In this document: positions 24,486 through 37,200 of the stretch, piece after piece | How the letters are laid out: each line of letters opens with the position of its first letter | How positions within the stretch are numbered: position 1 is the stretch's first letter | Assembly (NCBI GenBank): GCA_964057225.1 | Contig: OZ059895.1 | Span: 1,488,001 to 1,552,000 of the forward strand | DNA: 64,000 bases | Direction: 5' to 3' | DNA from: Auanema rhodensis | Taxonomy: Eukaryota; Animalia; Nematoda | Notes under the pieces: model-generated | What the model was told of the DNA's origin: nothing | The model's database searches: none | Seen by the model: only the letters and a program-made list of their open reading frames with translations | Position numbers and translations under genes: made by a program

Positions 24486-24898
24486 TTCACCTATCAATGA
24501 AAAAAATTACTAGAAATTCCTCTACTAATTTATTGCTATTTGAAAGAATCAAACAAGCACTTATATCAAGAAAATTGAATTTACTTGATATTAGTTACTA
24601 CTACCCAAGTTCTGAATGTAGTTCACAGCGGAAGAAATCAGAAAAAGTGTTTAAAAGAAAACACTTTAACCAAAAACAACCGTACAACAATATACCAAGA
24701 GACACTGTTGTTACCAACACTGTCAAATGATAATTGTTCTGTAAACTTCACTTTTATTCGGCAAATACCAAACAAAATTGAATGAATACAAACAGAACCC
24801 TATTCAGGTAGCAGTGACTTTTTCACCAAACTCTATTCGAGCTTTCAAACAGGGTTATATGAGCAATTAGCTCAACCCAAACAATAAAATAGTGAAGA

Positions 24899-24913
24899 CC
24901 GGTTCGGCCCCCA
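24899..24913 (-). promoter_or_regulatory. Primer-binding site TGGGGGCCGAACCGG, tRNA-Pro type
   Basis: Directly follows the 5' LTR and starts with TGG. Its complement CCGGTTCGGCCC-CCA matches the 3' end of nematode tRNA-Pro as I recall it (not database-checked). Confidence 0.85.
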
Positions 24914-25291
24914 AATCAAAGAACGAAAAATAAAAAGAGAAAGATTTATTAAAAAAAACAAAAAAAAATACAAAAAAATTCAAGAGAAAATTCCAAACTG
25001 AAAAAAATATAAAAAAATTCCTTATCACAATAATTTTAGGACAAAAACAACTAAATATTGTTTTAATCAGATTACGGTAGTTGATTATCAACAGTTCACT
25101 GTTTACCAACAATCTCTAAATGGAGCGCGATTACTATGGATTGTTTTATCAATGGGTCATTTTATTCAAATTATTCATTTTATTTAATTTTTTGATGAAT
25201 AATTGTTATCTTAATATTTTATATAAATTATATTATATATTTATCTTCATTTATACTATTCATTTTAGTATCTATAGCCATATTCTTGACA
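24914..25291 (-). repeat. 5' LTR, 378 bp
   Basis: Direct repeat of 21396-21774, followed on the minus strand by the PBS, a leader of about 410 bp and gag. Confidence 0.93.
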
Positions 25292-25295
25292 AAAC
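25292..25295. other. Target-site duplication AAAC, right copy
   Basis: ...TTCTTGACA|AAAC-TCAACATAC resumes the satellite at monomer position 37. Confidence 0.85.
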
Positions 25296-28200
25296 TCAAC
25301 ATACACTAATGCATCATTTTTCAAACGATCATAACTAATTTTTGTATTAAGCGTTTCTCAATGTAGTATAGTGCATTCGATGCCGATTTTTAAGCTGCGT
25401 CGATCTGTGTTATCAGATTTGCGCTAGCTTAAAAATGCACCGAGATATCAACTGATATAAGTTCACACTTATATCCTCGATTTTCACCCTGAAGAATTAA
25501 TTTTTTCGTTGAATAACATTGTCTATCGTCTTTGCTTTGAAAAATGGAATCTAAAAACATCTACTTTTTGCTAAATTATTTTGAAATTTTTCGAAAAAAT
25601 TTTTGTCAAAATGTTTTTGGAAGCAATGTTGAGTGTACATGGAAACTCAACATACACTAATGCATCATTTTTCAAACGATCATAACTAATTTTTGTATTA
25701 AGCGTTTCTCAATGTAGTATAGTGCATTCGATGCGGATTTTTAAGCTGCGTCGATCTGTGTTATCAGATTTGCGCTAGCTTAAAAATGCACCGAGATATC
25801 AACTGATATAAGTTCACACTTATATCCTCGATTTTCACCCTGAAGAATTAATTTTTTCGTTGAATAACATTGTCTATCGTCTTTGCTTTGAAAAATGGAA
25901 TCTAAAAACATCTACTTTTTGCTAAATTATTTTGAAATTTTTCGAAAAAATTTTTGTCAAAATGTTTTTGGAAGCAATGTTGAGTGTACATGGAAACTCA
26001 ACATACACTAATGCATCATTTTTCAAACGATCATAACTAATTTTTGTATTAAGCGTTTCTCAATGTAGTATAGTGCATTCGATGCCGATTTTTAAGCTGC
26101 GTCGATCTGTGTTATCAGATTTGCGCTAGCTTAAAAATGCACCGAGATATCAACTGATATAAGTTCACACTTATATCCTCGATTTTCACCCTGAAGAATT
26201 AATTTTTTCGTTGAATAACATTGTCTATCGTCTTTGCCTTGAAAAATGGAATCTAAAAACATCTACTTTTTGCTAAATTATTTTGAAATTTTTCAAAAAA
26301 ATTTTTGTCAAAATGTTTTTGGAAGCAATGTTGAGTGTACATGGAAACTCAACATACACTAATGCATCATTTTTCAAACGATCATAACTAATTTTTGTAT
26401 TAAGCGTTTCTCAATGTAGTATAGTGCATTCGATGCCGATTTTTAAGCTGCGTCGATCTGTGTTATCAGATTTGCGCTAGCTTAAAAATGCACCGAGATA
26501 TCAACTGATATAAGTTCACACTTATATCCTCGATTTTCACCCTGAAGAATTAATTTTTTCGTTGAATAACATTGTCTATCGTCTTTGCCTTGAAAAATGG
26601 AATCTAAAAACATCTACTTTTTGCTAAATTATTTTGAAATTTTTCGAAAAAATTTTTGTCAAAATGTTTTTGGAAGCAATGTTGAGTGTACATGGAAACT
26701 CAACATACACTAATGCATCATTTTTCAAACGATCATAACTAATTTTTGTATTAAACGTTTCTCAATGTAGTATAGTGCATTCGATGCGGATTTTTAAGCT
26801 GCGTCGATCTGTGTTATCAGATTTGCGCTAGCTTAAAAATGCACCGAGATATCAACTGATATAAGTTCACACTTATATCCTCGATTTTCACCCTGAAGAA
26901 TTAATTTTTTCGTTGAATAACATTGTCTATCGTCTTTGCTTTGAAAAATGGAACCTAAAAACATCTACTTTTTGCTAAATTATTTTGAAATTTTTCGAAA
27001 AAATTTTTGTCAAAATGTTTTTGGAAGCAATGTTGAGTGTACATGGAAACTCAACATACACTAATGCATCATTTTTCAAACGATCATAACTAATTTTTGT
27101 ATTAAGCGTTTCTCAATGTAGTATAGTGCATTCGATGCCGATTTTTAAGCTGCGTCGATCTGTGTTATCAGATTTGCGCTAGCTTAAAAATGCACCGAGA
27201 TATCAACTGATATAAGTTCACACTTATATCCTCGATTTTCACCCTGAAGAATTAATTTTTTCGTTGAATAACATTGTCTATCGTCTTTGCCTTGAAAAAT
27301 GGAATCTAAAAACATCTACTTTTTGCTAAATTATTTTGAAATTTTTCGAAAAAATTTTTGTCAAAATGTTTTTGGAAGCAATGTTGAGTGTACATGGAAA
27401 CTCAACATACACTAATGCATCATTTTTCAAACGATCATAACTAATTTTTGTATTAAACGTTTCTCAATGTAGTATAGTGCATTCGATGCGGATTTTTAAG
27501 CTGCGTCGATCTGTGTTATCAGATTTGCGCTAGCTTAAAAATGCACCGAGATATCAACTGATATAAGTTCACACTTATATCCTCGATTTTCACCCTGAAG
27601 AATTAATTTTTTCGTTGAATAACATTGTCTATCGTCTTTGCTTTGAAAAATGGAATCTAAAAACATCTACTTTTTGCTAAATTATTTTGAAATTTTTCGA
27701 AAAAATTTTTGTCAAAATGTTTTTGGAAGCAATGTTGAGTGTACATGGAAACTCAACATACACTAATGCATCATTTTTCAAACGATCATAACTAATTTTT
27801 GTATTAAACGTTTCTCAATGTAGTATAGTGCATTCGATGCGGATTTTTAAGCTGCGTCGATCTGTGTTATCAGATTTGCGCTAGCTTAAAAATGCACCGA
27901 GATATCAACTGATATAAGTTCACACTTATATCCTCGATTTTCTTCCTGAAGAATTAATTTTTTCGTTGAATAACATTGTCCATCGTCTTTGCCTTGAAAA
28001 AAAGAATCTAAAAACATCTACTTTTTGCTAAATTGTATTGAAATTTTTCGAAAAAATTTTTGTCAAAATGTTTTTGGAAGCAATGTTGAGTGTACATGGA
28101 AACTCAACATACACTAATGCATCATTTTTCAAACGATCATAACTAATTTTTGTATTAAGCGTTTCTCAATGTAGTATAGTGCATTCGATGCGGATTTTTA

Positions 28201-31200
28201 AGCTGCGTCGATCTGTGTTATCAGATTTGCGCTAGCTTAAAAATGCACCGAGATATCAACTGATATAAGTTCACACTTATATCCTCGATTTTCATCCTGA
28301 AGAATTAATTTTTTCGTTGAATAACATTGTCCATCGTCTTTGCCTTAAAAAAAAAAATCTAAAAACATCTACTTTTTGCTAAATTATTTTGAAATTTTTC
28401 GAAAAAATTTTTGTCAAAATGTTTTTGGAAGCAATGTTGAGTGTACATGGAAACTCAACATACACTAATGCATCATTTTTCAAACGATCATAACTAATTT
28501 TTGTATTAAGCGTTTCTCAATGTAGTATAGTGCATTCGATGCGGATTTTTAAGCTGCGTCGATCTGTGTTATCAGATTTGCGCTAGCTTAAAAATGCACC
28601 GAGATATCAACTGATATAAGTTCACACTTATATCCTCGATTTTCATCCTGAAGAATTAATTTTTTCGTTGAATAACATTGTCCATCGTCTTTGCCTTAAA
28701 AAAAAAATCTAAAAACATCTACTTTTTGCTAAATTATTTTGAAATTTTTCGAAAAAATTTTTGTCAAAATGTTTTTGGAAGCAATGTTGAGTGTACATGG
28801 AAACTCAACATACACTGATGCATCATTTTTCAAACGATCATAACTAATTTTTGTATTAAGCGTTTCTCAATGTAGTATAGTGCATTCGATGCGGATTTTT
28901 AAGCTGCGTCGATCTGTGTTATCAGATTTGCGCTAGCTTAAAAATGCACCGAGATATCAACTGATATAAGTTCACACTTATATCCTCGATTTTCATCCTG
29001 AAGAATTAATTTTTTCGTTGAATAACATTGTCCATCGTCTTTGCCTTAAAAAAAAAAATCTAAAAACATCTACTTTTTGCTAAATTATTTTGAAATTTTT
29101 CGAAAAAATTTTTGTCAAAATGTTTTTGGAAGCAATGTTGAGTGTACATGGAAACTCAACATACACTGATGCATCATTTTTCAAACGATCATAACTAATT
29201 TTTGTATTATGCTTTTCTCAATGTAGTATAGTGCATTCGATGCCGATTTTTAAGCTGCGTCGATCTGTGTTATCAGATTTGCGCTAGCTTAAAAATGCAC
29301 CGAGATATCAACTGATATAAGTTCACACTTATATCCTCGATTTTCACCCTGAAGAATTAATTTTTTTGTTGAATAACATTGTCTATCGTCTTTGCCTTGA
29401 AAAATGGAATCTAAAAACATCTACTTTTTGCTAAATTATTTTGAAATTTTTCGAAAAAATTTTTGTCAAAATGTTTTTGGAAGCAATGTTGAGTGTACAT
29501 GGAAACTCAACATACACTAATGCATCATTTTTCAAACGATCATAACTAATTTTTGTATTAAGCGTTTCTCAATGTAGTATAGTGCATTCGATGCCGATTT
29601 TTAAGCTGCGTCGATCTGTGTTATCAGATTTGCGCTAGCTTAAAAATGCACCGAGATATCAACTGATATAAGTTCACACTTATATCCTCGATTTTCACCC
29701 TGAAGAATTAACTTTTTCGTTGAATAACATTGTGTATCGTCTTTGCCTTGAAAAATGGAATCTAAAAACATCTACTTTTTGCTAAATTATTTTGAAATTT
29801 TTCGAAAAAATTTTTGTCAAAATGTTTTTGGAAGCAATGTTGAGTGTACATTGAAACTCAACATACACTAATGCATCTTTTTTCAAACGATCATAACTAA
29901 TTTTTGTATTAAGCGTTTCTCAATGTAGTATAGTGCATTCGATGCGGATTTTTAAGCTGCGTCGATCTGTGTTATCAGATTTGCGCTAGCTTAAAAATGC
30001 ACCGAGATATCAACTGATATAAGTTCACACTTATATCCTCGATTTTCATCCTGAAGAATTAATTTTTTCGTTGAATAACATTGTCCATCGTCTTTGCCTT
30101 AAAAAAAAAAATCTAAAAACATCTACTTTTTGCTAAATTATTTTGAAATTTTTCGAAAAAATTTTTGTCAAAATGTTTTTGGAAGCAATGTTGAGTGTAC
30201 ATGGAAACTCAACATACACTAATGCATCATTTTTCAAACGATCATAACTAATTTTTGTATTAAGCGTTTCTCAATGTAGTATAGTGCATTCGATGCCGAT
30301 TTTTAAGCTGCGTCGATCTGTGTTATCAGATTTGCGCTAGCTTAAAAATGCACCGAGATATCAACTGATATAAGTTCACACTTATATCCTCGATTTTCAC
30401 CCTGAAGAATTAACTTTTTCGTTGAATAACATTGTGTATCGTCTTTGCCTTGAAAAATGGAATCTAAAAACATCTACTTTTTGCTAAATTATTTTGAAAT
30501 TTTTCGAAAAAATTTTTGTCAAAATGTTTTTGGAAGCAATGTTGAGTGTACATGGAAACTCAACATACACTAATGCATCTTTTTTCAAACGATCATAACT
30601 AATTTTTGTATTAAGCGTTTCTCAATGTAGTATAGTGCATTCGATGCAAATTTTTAAGCTGCGTCGATCTGTGTTATCAGATTTGCGCTAACTTAAAAAT
30701 GCACCGAGATATCAACTGATATAAGTTCACACTTATATCCTCGATTTTCACACTGGAGAATTAATTTTTTCGTTGAATAACATTGTGTATCGTCTTTGCC
30801 TTGAAAAATGGAATCTAAAAACATCTACTTTTTGCTAAATCATTTTGAAATTTTTCGAAAAAATTTTTGTCAAAATGTTTTTGGAAGCAATGTTGAGTGT
30901 ACATGGAAACTCAACATACACTAATGCATCATTTTTCAAACGATCATAACTAATTTTTGTATCAAGCGTTTCTCAATGTAGTAAAGTGCATTCGATGCGG
31001 ATTTTTAAGCTGCGTCGATCTGTGTTATCAGATTTGCGCTAGCTTAAAAATGCACCGAGATATCAACTGATATAAGTTCACACTTATATCCTCGATTTTC
31101 ACCCTGAAGAATTAATTTTCTCGTTGAATAACATTGTCCATCGTCTTTGCCTTGAAAAAAAGAATCTAAAAACATCTACTTTTTGCTAAATTATTTTGAA

Positions 31201-34200
31201 ATTTTTCGAAAAAATTTTTGTCAAAATGTTTTTGGAAGCAATATTGAGTGTACATGGAAACTCAACATACACTAATGCATCATTTTTCAAACGATCATAA
31301 CTAATTTTTGTATTAAGCGTTTCTCAATGTAGTATAGTGCATTCGATGCCGATTTTTAAGCTGCGTCGATCTGTGTTATCAGATTTGCGCTAGCTTAAAA
31401 ATGCACCGAGATATCAACTGATATAAGTTCACACTTATATCCTCGATTTTCACCCTGAAGAATTAATTTTTTCGTTGAATAACATTGTCTATCGTCTTTG
31501 CCTTGAAAAATGGAATCTAAAAACATCTACTTTTTGCTAAATTATTTTGAAATTTTTCGAAAAAATTTTTGTCAAAATGTTTTTGGAAGCAATGTTGAGT
31601 GTACATGGAAACTCAACATACACTAATGCATCATTTTTCAAACGATCATAACTAATTTTTGTATTAAGCTTTTCTCAATGTAGTATAGTGCATTCGATGC
31701 GGATTTTTAAGCTGCGTCGATCTGTGTTATCAGATTTGCGCTAGCTTAAAAATGCACCGAGATATCAACTGATATAAGTTCACACTTATATCCTCGATTT
31801 TCACCCTGAAGAATTAATTTTTTCGTGGAATAACATTGTCTATCGTCTTTGCCTTGAAAAATGGAATTTCAAAACATCTACTTTTTGCTAAATTATTTTT
31901 AAATTTTTCGAAAAAATTTTTGTCAAAATGTTTTTGGAAGCAATGTTGAGTGTACATGGAAACTCAACATACACTAATGCATCATTTTTCAAACGATCAT
32001 AACTAATTTTTGTATCAAGCGTTTCTCAATGTAGTATAGTGCATTCGATGCAGATTTTTAAGCTGCGTCGATCTGTGTTATCAGATTTGCGCTAGCTTAA
32101 AAATGCACCGAGATATCAACTGATATAAGTTCACACTTATATCCTCGATTTTCACCCTGAAGAATTAATTTTTTCGTTGAATAACATTGTCTATCGTCTT
32201 TGCCTTGAAAAATGGAATCTAAAAACATCTACTTTTTGCTAAATTATTTTGAAATTTTTCGAAAAAATTTTTGTCAAAATGTTTTTGGAAGCAATGTTGA
32301 GTGTACATGGAAACTCAACATACACTAATGCATCATTTTTCAAACGATCATAACTAATTTTTGTATTAAGCGTTTCTCAATGTAGTATAGTGCATTCGAT
32401 GCCGATTTTTAAGCTGCGTCGATCTGTGTTATCAGATTTGCGCTAGCTTAAAAATGCACCGAGATATCAACTGATATAAGTTCACACTTATATCCTCGAT
32501 TTTCACCCTGAAGAATTAACTTTTTCGTTGAATAACATTGTGTATCGTCTTTGCCTTGAAAAATGGAATCTAAAAACATCTACTTTTTGCTAAATTATTT
32601 TGAAATTTTTCGAAAAAATTTTTGTCAAAATGTTTTTGGAAGCAATGTTGAGTGTACATGGAAACTCAACATACACTAATGCATCTTTTTTCAAACGATC
32701 ATAACTAATTTTTGTATTAAGCGTTTCTCAATGTAGTATAGTGCATTCGATGCAGATTTTTAAGCTGCGTCGATCTGTGTTATCAGATTTGCGCTAACTT
32801 AAAAATGCACCGAGATATCAACTGATATAAGTTCACACTTATATCCTCGATTTTCATCCTGAAGAATTAATTTTTTCGTTGAATAACATTGTCCATCGTC
32901 TTTGCCTTAAAAAAAAAATCTAAAAACATCTACTTTTTGCTAAATTATTTTGAAATTTTTCGAAAAAATTTTTGTCAAAATGTTTTTGGAAGCAATGTTG
33001 AGTGTACATGGAAACTCAACATACACTAATGCATCATTTTTCAAACGATCATAACTAATTTTTGTATTTAGCGTTTCTCAATGTAGTATAGTGCATTCGA
33101 TGCCGATTTTTAAGCTGCGTCGATCTGTGTTATCAGATTTGCGCTAGCTTAAAAATGCACCGAGATATCAACTGATATAAGTTCACACTTATATCCTCGA
33201 TTTTCACCCTGAAGAATTAACTTTTTCGTTGAATAACATTGTGTATCGTCTTTGCCTTGAAAAATGGAATCTAAAAACATCTACTTTTTGCTAAATTATT
33301 TTGAAATTTTTCGAAAAAATTTTTGTCAAAATGTTTTTGGAAGCAATGTTGAGTGTACATGGAAACTCAACATACACTAATGCATCTTTTTTCAAACGAT
33401 CATAACTAATTTTTGTATTAAGCGTTTCTCAATGTAGTATAGTGCATTCGATGCAAATTTTTAAGCTGCGTCGATCTGTGTTATCAGATTTGCGCTAACT
33501 TAAAAATGCACCGAGATATCAACTGATATAAGTTCACACTTATATCCTCGATTTTCACACTGGAGAATTAATTTTTTCGTTGAATAACATTGTGTATCGT
33601 CTTTGCCTTGAAAAATGGAATCTAAAAACATCTACTTTTTGCTAAATTATTTTGAAATTTTTCGAAAAAATTTTTGTCAAAATGTTTTTGGAAGCAATGT
33701 TGAGTGTACATGGAAACTCAACATACACTAATGCATCATTTTTCAAACGATCATAACTAATTTTTGTATCAAGCGTTTCTCAATGTAGTAAAGTGCATTC
33801 GATGCGGATTTTTAAGCTGCGTCGATCTGTGTTATCAGATTTGCGCTAGCTTAAAAATGCACCGAGATATCAACTGATATAAGTTCACACTTATATCCTC
33901 AATTTTCACCCTGAAGAATTAATTTTCTCGTTGAATAACATTGTCCATCGTCTTTGCCTTGAAAAAAAGAATCTGAATACATCTACTTTTTGCTAAATTA
34001 TTTTGAAATTTTTCGAAAAAATTTTTGTCAAAATGTTTTTGGAAGCAATATTGAGTGTACATGGAAACTCAACATACACTAATGCATCATTTTTCAAACG
34101 ATCATAACTAATTTTTGTATTAAGCTTTTCTCAATGTAGTATAGTGCATTCGATGCGGATTTTTAAGCTGCGTCGATCTGTGTTATCAGATTTGCGCTAG

Positions 34201-37200
34201 CTTAAAAATGCACCGAGATATCAACTGATATAAGTTCACACTTATATCCTCGATTTTCACCCTGAAGAATTAATTTTTTCGTGGAATAACATTGTCTATC
34301 GTCTTTGCCTTGAAAAATGGAATTTTCAAAACATCTACTTTTTGCTAAATTATTTTTAAATTTTTCGAAAAAATTTTTGTCAAAATGTTTTTGGAAGCAA
34401 TGTTGAGTGTACATGGAAACTCAACATACACTAATGCATCATTTTTCAAACGATCATAACTAATTTTTGTATCAAGCGTTTCTCAATGTAGTATAGTGCA
34501 TTCGATGCAGATTTTTAAGCTGCGTCGATCTGTGTTATCAGATTTGCGCTAGCTTAAAAATGCACCGAGATATCAACTGATATAAGTTCACACTTATATC
34601 CTCGATTTTCACCCTGAAGAATTAATTTTTTCGTTGAATAACATTGTCTATCGTCTTTGCCTTGAAAAATGGAATCTAAAAACATCTACTTTTTGCTAAA
34701 TTATTTTGAAATTTTTCGAAAAAATTTTTGTCAAAATGTTTTTGGAAGCAATGTTGAGTGCACATGGAAACTCAACATACACTAACGCATCATTTTTCAA
34801 ACGATCATAACTAATTTTTGTATTAAGCGTTTCTCAATGTAGTATAGTGCATTCGATGCCGATTTTTAAGCTGCGTCGATCTGTGTTATCAGATTTGCGC
34901 TAGCTTAAAAATGCACCGAGATATCAACTGATATAAGTTCACACTTATATCCTCGATTTTCACCCTGAAGAATTAATTTTTTCGTTGAATAACATTGTCT
35001 ATCGTCTTTGCCTTGAAAAATGGAATCTAAAAACATCTACTTTTTGCTAAATTATTTTGAACTTTTTCGAAAAAATTTTTGTCAAAATGTTTTTGGAAGC
35101 AATGTTGAGTGTACATGGAAACTCAACATACACTAATGCATCATTTTTCAAACGATCATAACTAATTTTTGTATTAAGCTTTTCTCAATGTAGTATAGTG
35201 CATTCGATGCGGATTTTTAAGCTGCGTCGATCTGTGTTATCAGATTTGCGCTAGCTTAAAAATGCACCGAGATATCAACTGATATAAGTTCACACTTATA
35301 TCCTCGATTTTCACCCTGAAGAATTAATTTTTTCGTGGAATAACATTGTCTATCGTCTTTGCCTTGAAAAATGGAATTTCAAAACATCTACTTTTTGCTA
35401 AATTATTTTGAAATTTTTCGAAAAAATTTTTGTCAAAACGTTTTTGGAAGCAATGTTGAGTGTACATGGAAACTCAACATACACTAATGCATCTTTTTTC
35501 AAACGATCATAACTAATTTTTGTATTAAGCGTTTCTCAATGTAGTATAGTGCATTCGATGCAGATTTTTAAGCTGCGTCGATCTGTGTTATCAGATTTGC
35601 GCTAACTTAAAAATGCACCGAGATATCAACTGATATAAGTTCACACTTATATCCTCGATTTTCACACTGGAGAATTAATTTTTTCGTTGAATAACATTGT
35701 GTATCGTCTTTGCCTTGAAAAATGGAATCTAAAAACATCTACTTTTTGCTAAATTATTTTGAAATTTTTCGAAAAAATTTTTGTCAAAATGTTTTTGGAA
35801 GCAATGTTGAGTGTACATGGAAACTCAACATACACTAATGCATCATTTTTCAAACGATCATAACTAATTTTTGTATCAAGCGTTTCTCAATGTAGTAAAG
35901 TGCATTCGATGCGGATTTTTAAGCTGCGTCGATCTGTGTTATCAGATTTGCGCTAGCTTAAAAATGCACCGAGATATCAACTGATACAAGTTCACACTTA
36001 TATCCTCGATTTTCACCCTGAAGAATTAATTTTCTCGTGGAATAACATTGTCTATCGTCTTTGCCTTGAAAAATGGAATCTAAAAACATCTACTTTTTGC
36101 TAAATTATTTTGAAATTTTTCGAAAAAATTTTTGTCAAAATGTTTTTGGAAGCAATGTTGAGTGTACATGGAAACTCAACATACACTAATGCATCATTTT
36201 TCAAACGATCATAACTAATTTTTGTATTAAGCTTTTCTCAATGTAGTATAGTGCATTCGATGCGGATTTTTAAGCTGCGTCGATCTGTGTTATCAGATTT
36301 GCGCTAGCTTAAAAATGCACCGAGATATCAACTGATATAAGTTCACACTTATATCCTCGATTTTCACCCTGAAGAATTAATTTTTTCGTGGAATAACATT
36401 GTCTATCGTCTTTGCCTTGAAAAATGGAATTTAAAAACATCTACTTTTTGCTAAATTATTTTTAAATTTTTCGAAAAAATTTTTGTCAAAATGTTTTTGG
36501 AAGCAATGTTGAGTGTACATGGAAACTCAACATACACTAATGCATCATTTTTCAAACGATCATAACTAATTTTTGTATCAAGCGTTTTTCGATGTAGTAA
36601 AGTGCATTCGATGCGGATTTTTAAGCTGCGTCGATCTGTGTTATCAGATTTGCGCTAGCTTAAAAATGCACCGAGATATCAACTGATATAAGTTCACACT
36701 TATATCCTCGATTTTCACCCTGAAGAATTAATTTTCTCGTTGAAAAACATTGTCCATCGTCTTTGCCTTGAAAAAAAGAATCTAAAAACATCTACTTTTT
36801 GCTAAATTATTTTGAAATTTTTCGAAAAAATTTTTGTCAAAATGTTTTTGGAAGCAATGTTGAGTGTACATGGAAACTCAACATACACTAATGCATCATT
36901 TTTCAAACGATCATAACTAATTTTTGTATTAAGCGATTCTCAATGTAGTATAGTGCATTCGATGCCGATTTTTAAGCTGCGTCGATTTGTGTTATCAGAT
37001 TTGCGCTAGCTTAAAAATGCACCGAGATATCAACTAATATAAGTTCACACTTATATCCTCGATTTTCACCCTGAAGAATTAATTTTTTCGTTGAATAACA
37101 TTGTCTATCGTCTTTGCCTTGAAAAATGGAATCTAAAAACATCTACTTTTTGCTAAATTATTTTGAAATTTTTCGAAAAAATTTTTGTCAAAATGTTTTT

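Larger units (their letters stand above)
21396..25291 (-). mobile_element. Ty3/Gypsy-type (Cer-like) LTR retrotransposon, non-autonomous or deleted (Gag-protease only), with an internal satellite monomer
   Basis: Two direct repeats, a 4-bp TSD, a TGG-starting PBS abutting the 5' LTR, and an ORF with a CX2CX4HX4C knuckle followed by a DTG protease motif. No RT or integrase motifs. Confidence 0.9.

Noticed and set aside
24602-24611. TACCCAAGTT resembling part of the nematode SL1 leader
   Set aside because: Only 10 nt, antisense to the element, with no splice donor or SL RNA structure; likely chance.
22200-24785. Short + strand ORFs (66-157 aa)
   Set aside because: Antisense shadows of gag-pro or of the leader, with no recognisable motifs.
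24899-24913. tRNA gene
   Set aside because: Only the 3'-terminal 15 nt including CCA are present, which fits a PBS and not a cloverleaf.
24867-25112. 81-aa minus-strand hydrophobic ORF
   Set aside because: Phe-rich product of poly-T tracts in the LTR, crossing the PBS; not an env-like gene.
34202-34414. 70-aa ORF in the satellite
   Set aside because: Opened by a private 1-bp insertion and substitutions (GGAATTTTCAAAA) in a single monomer; closed or shorter in other copies.
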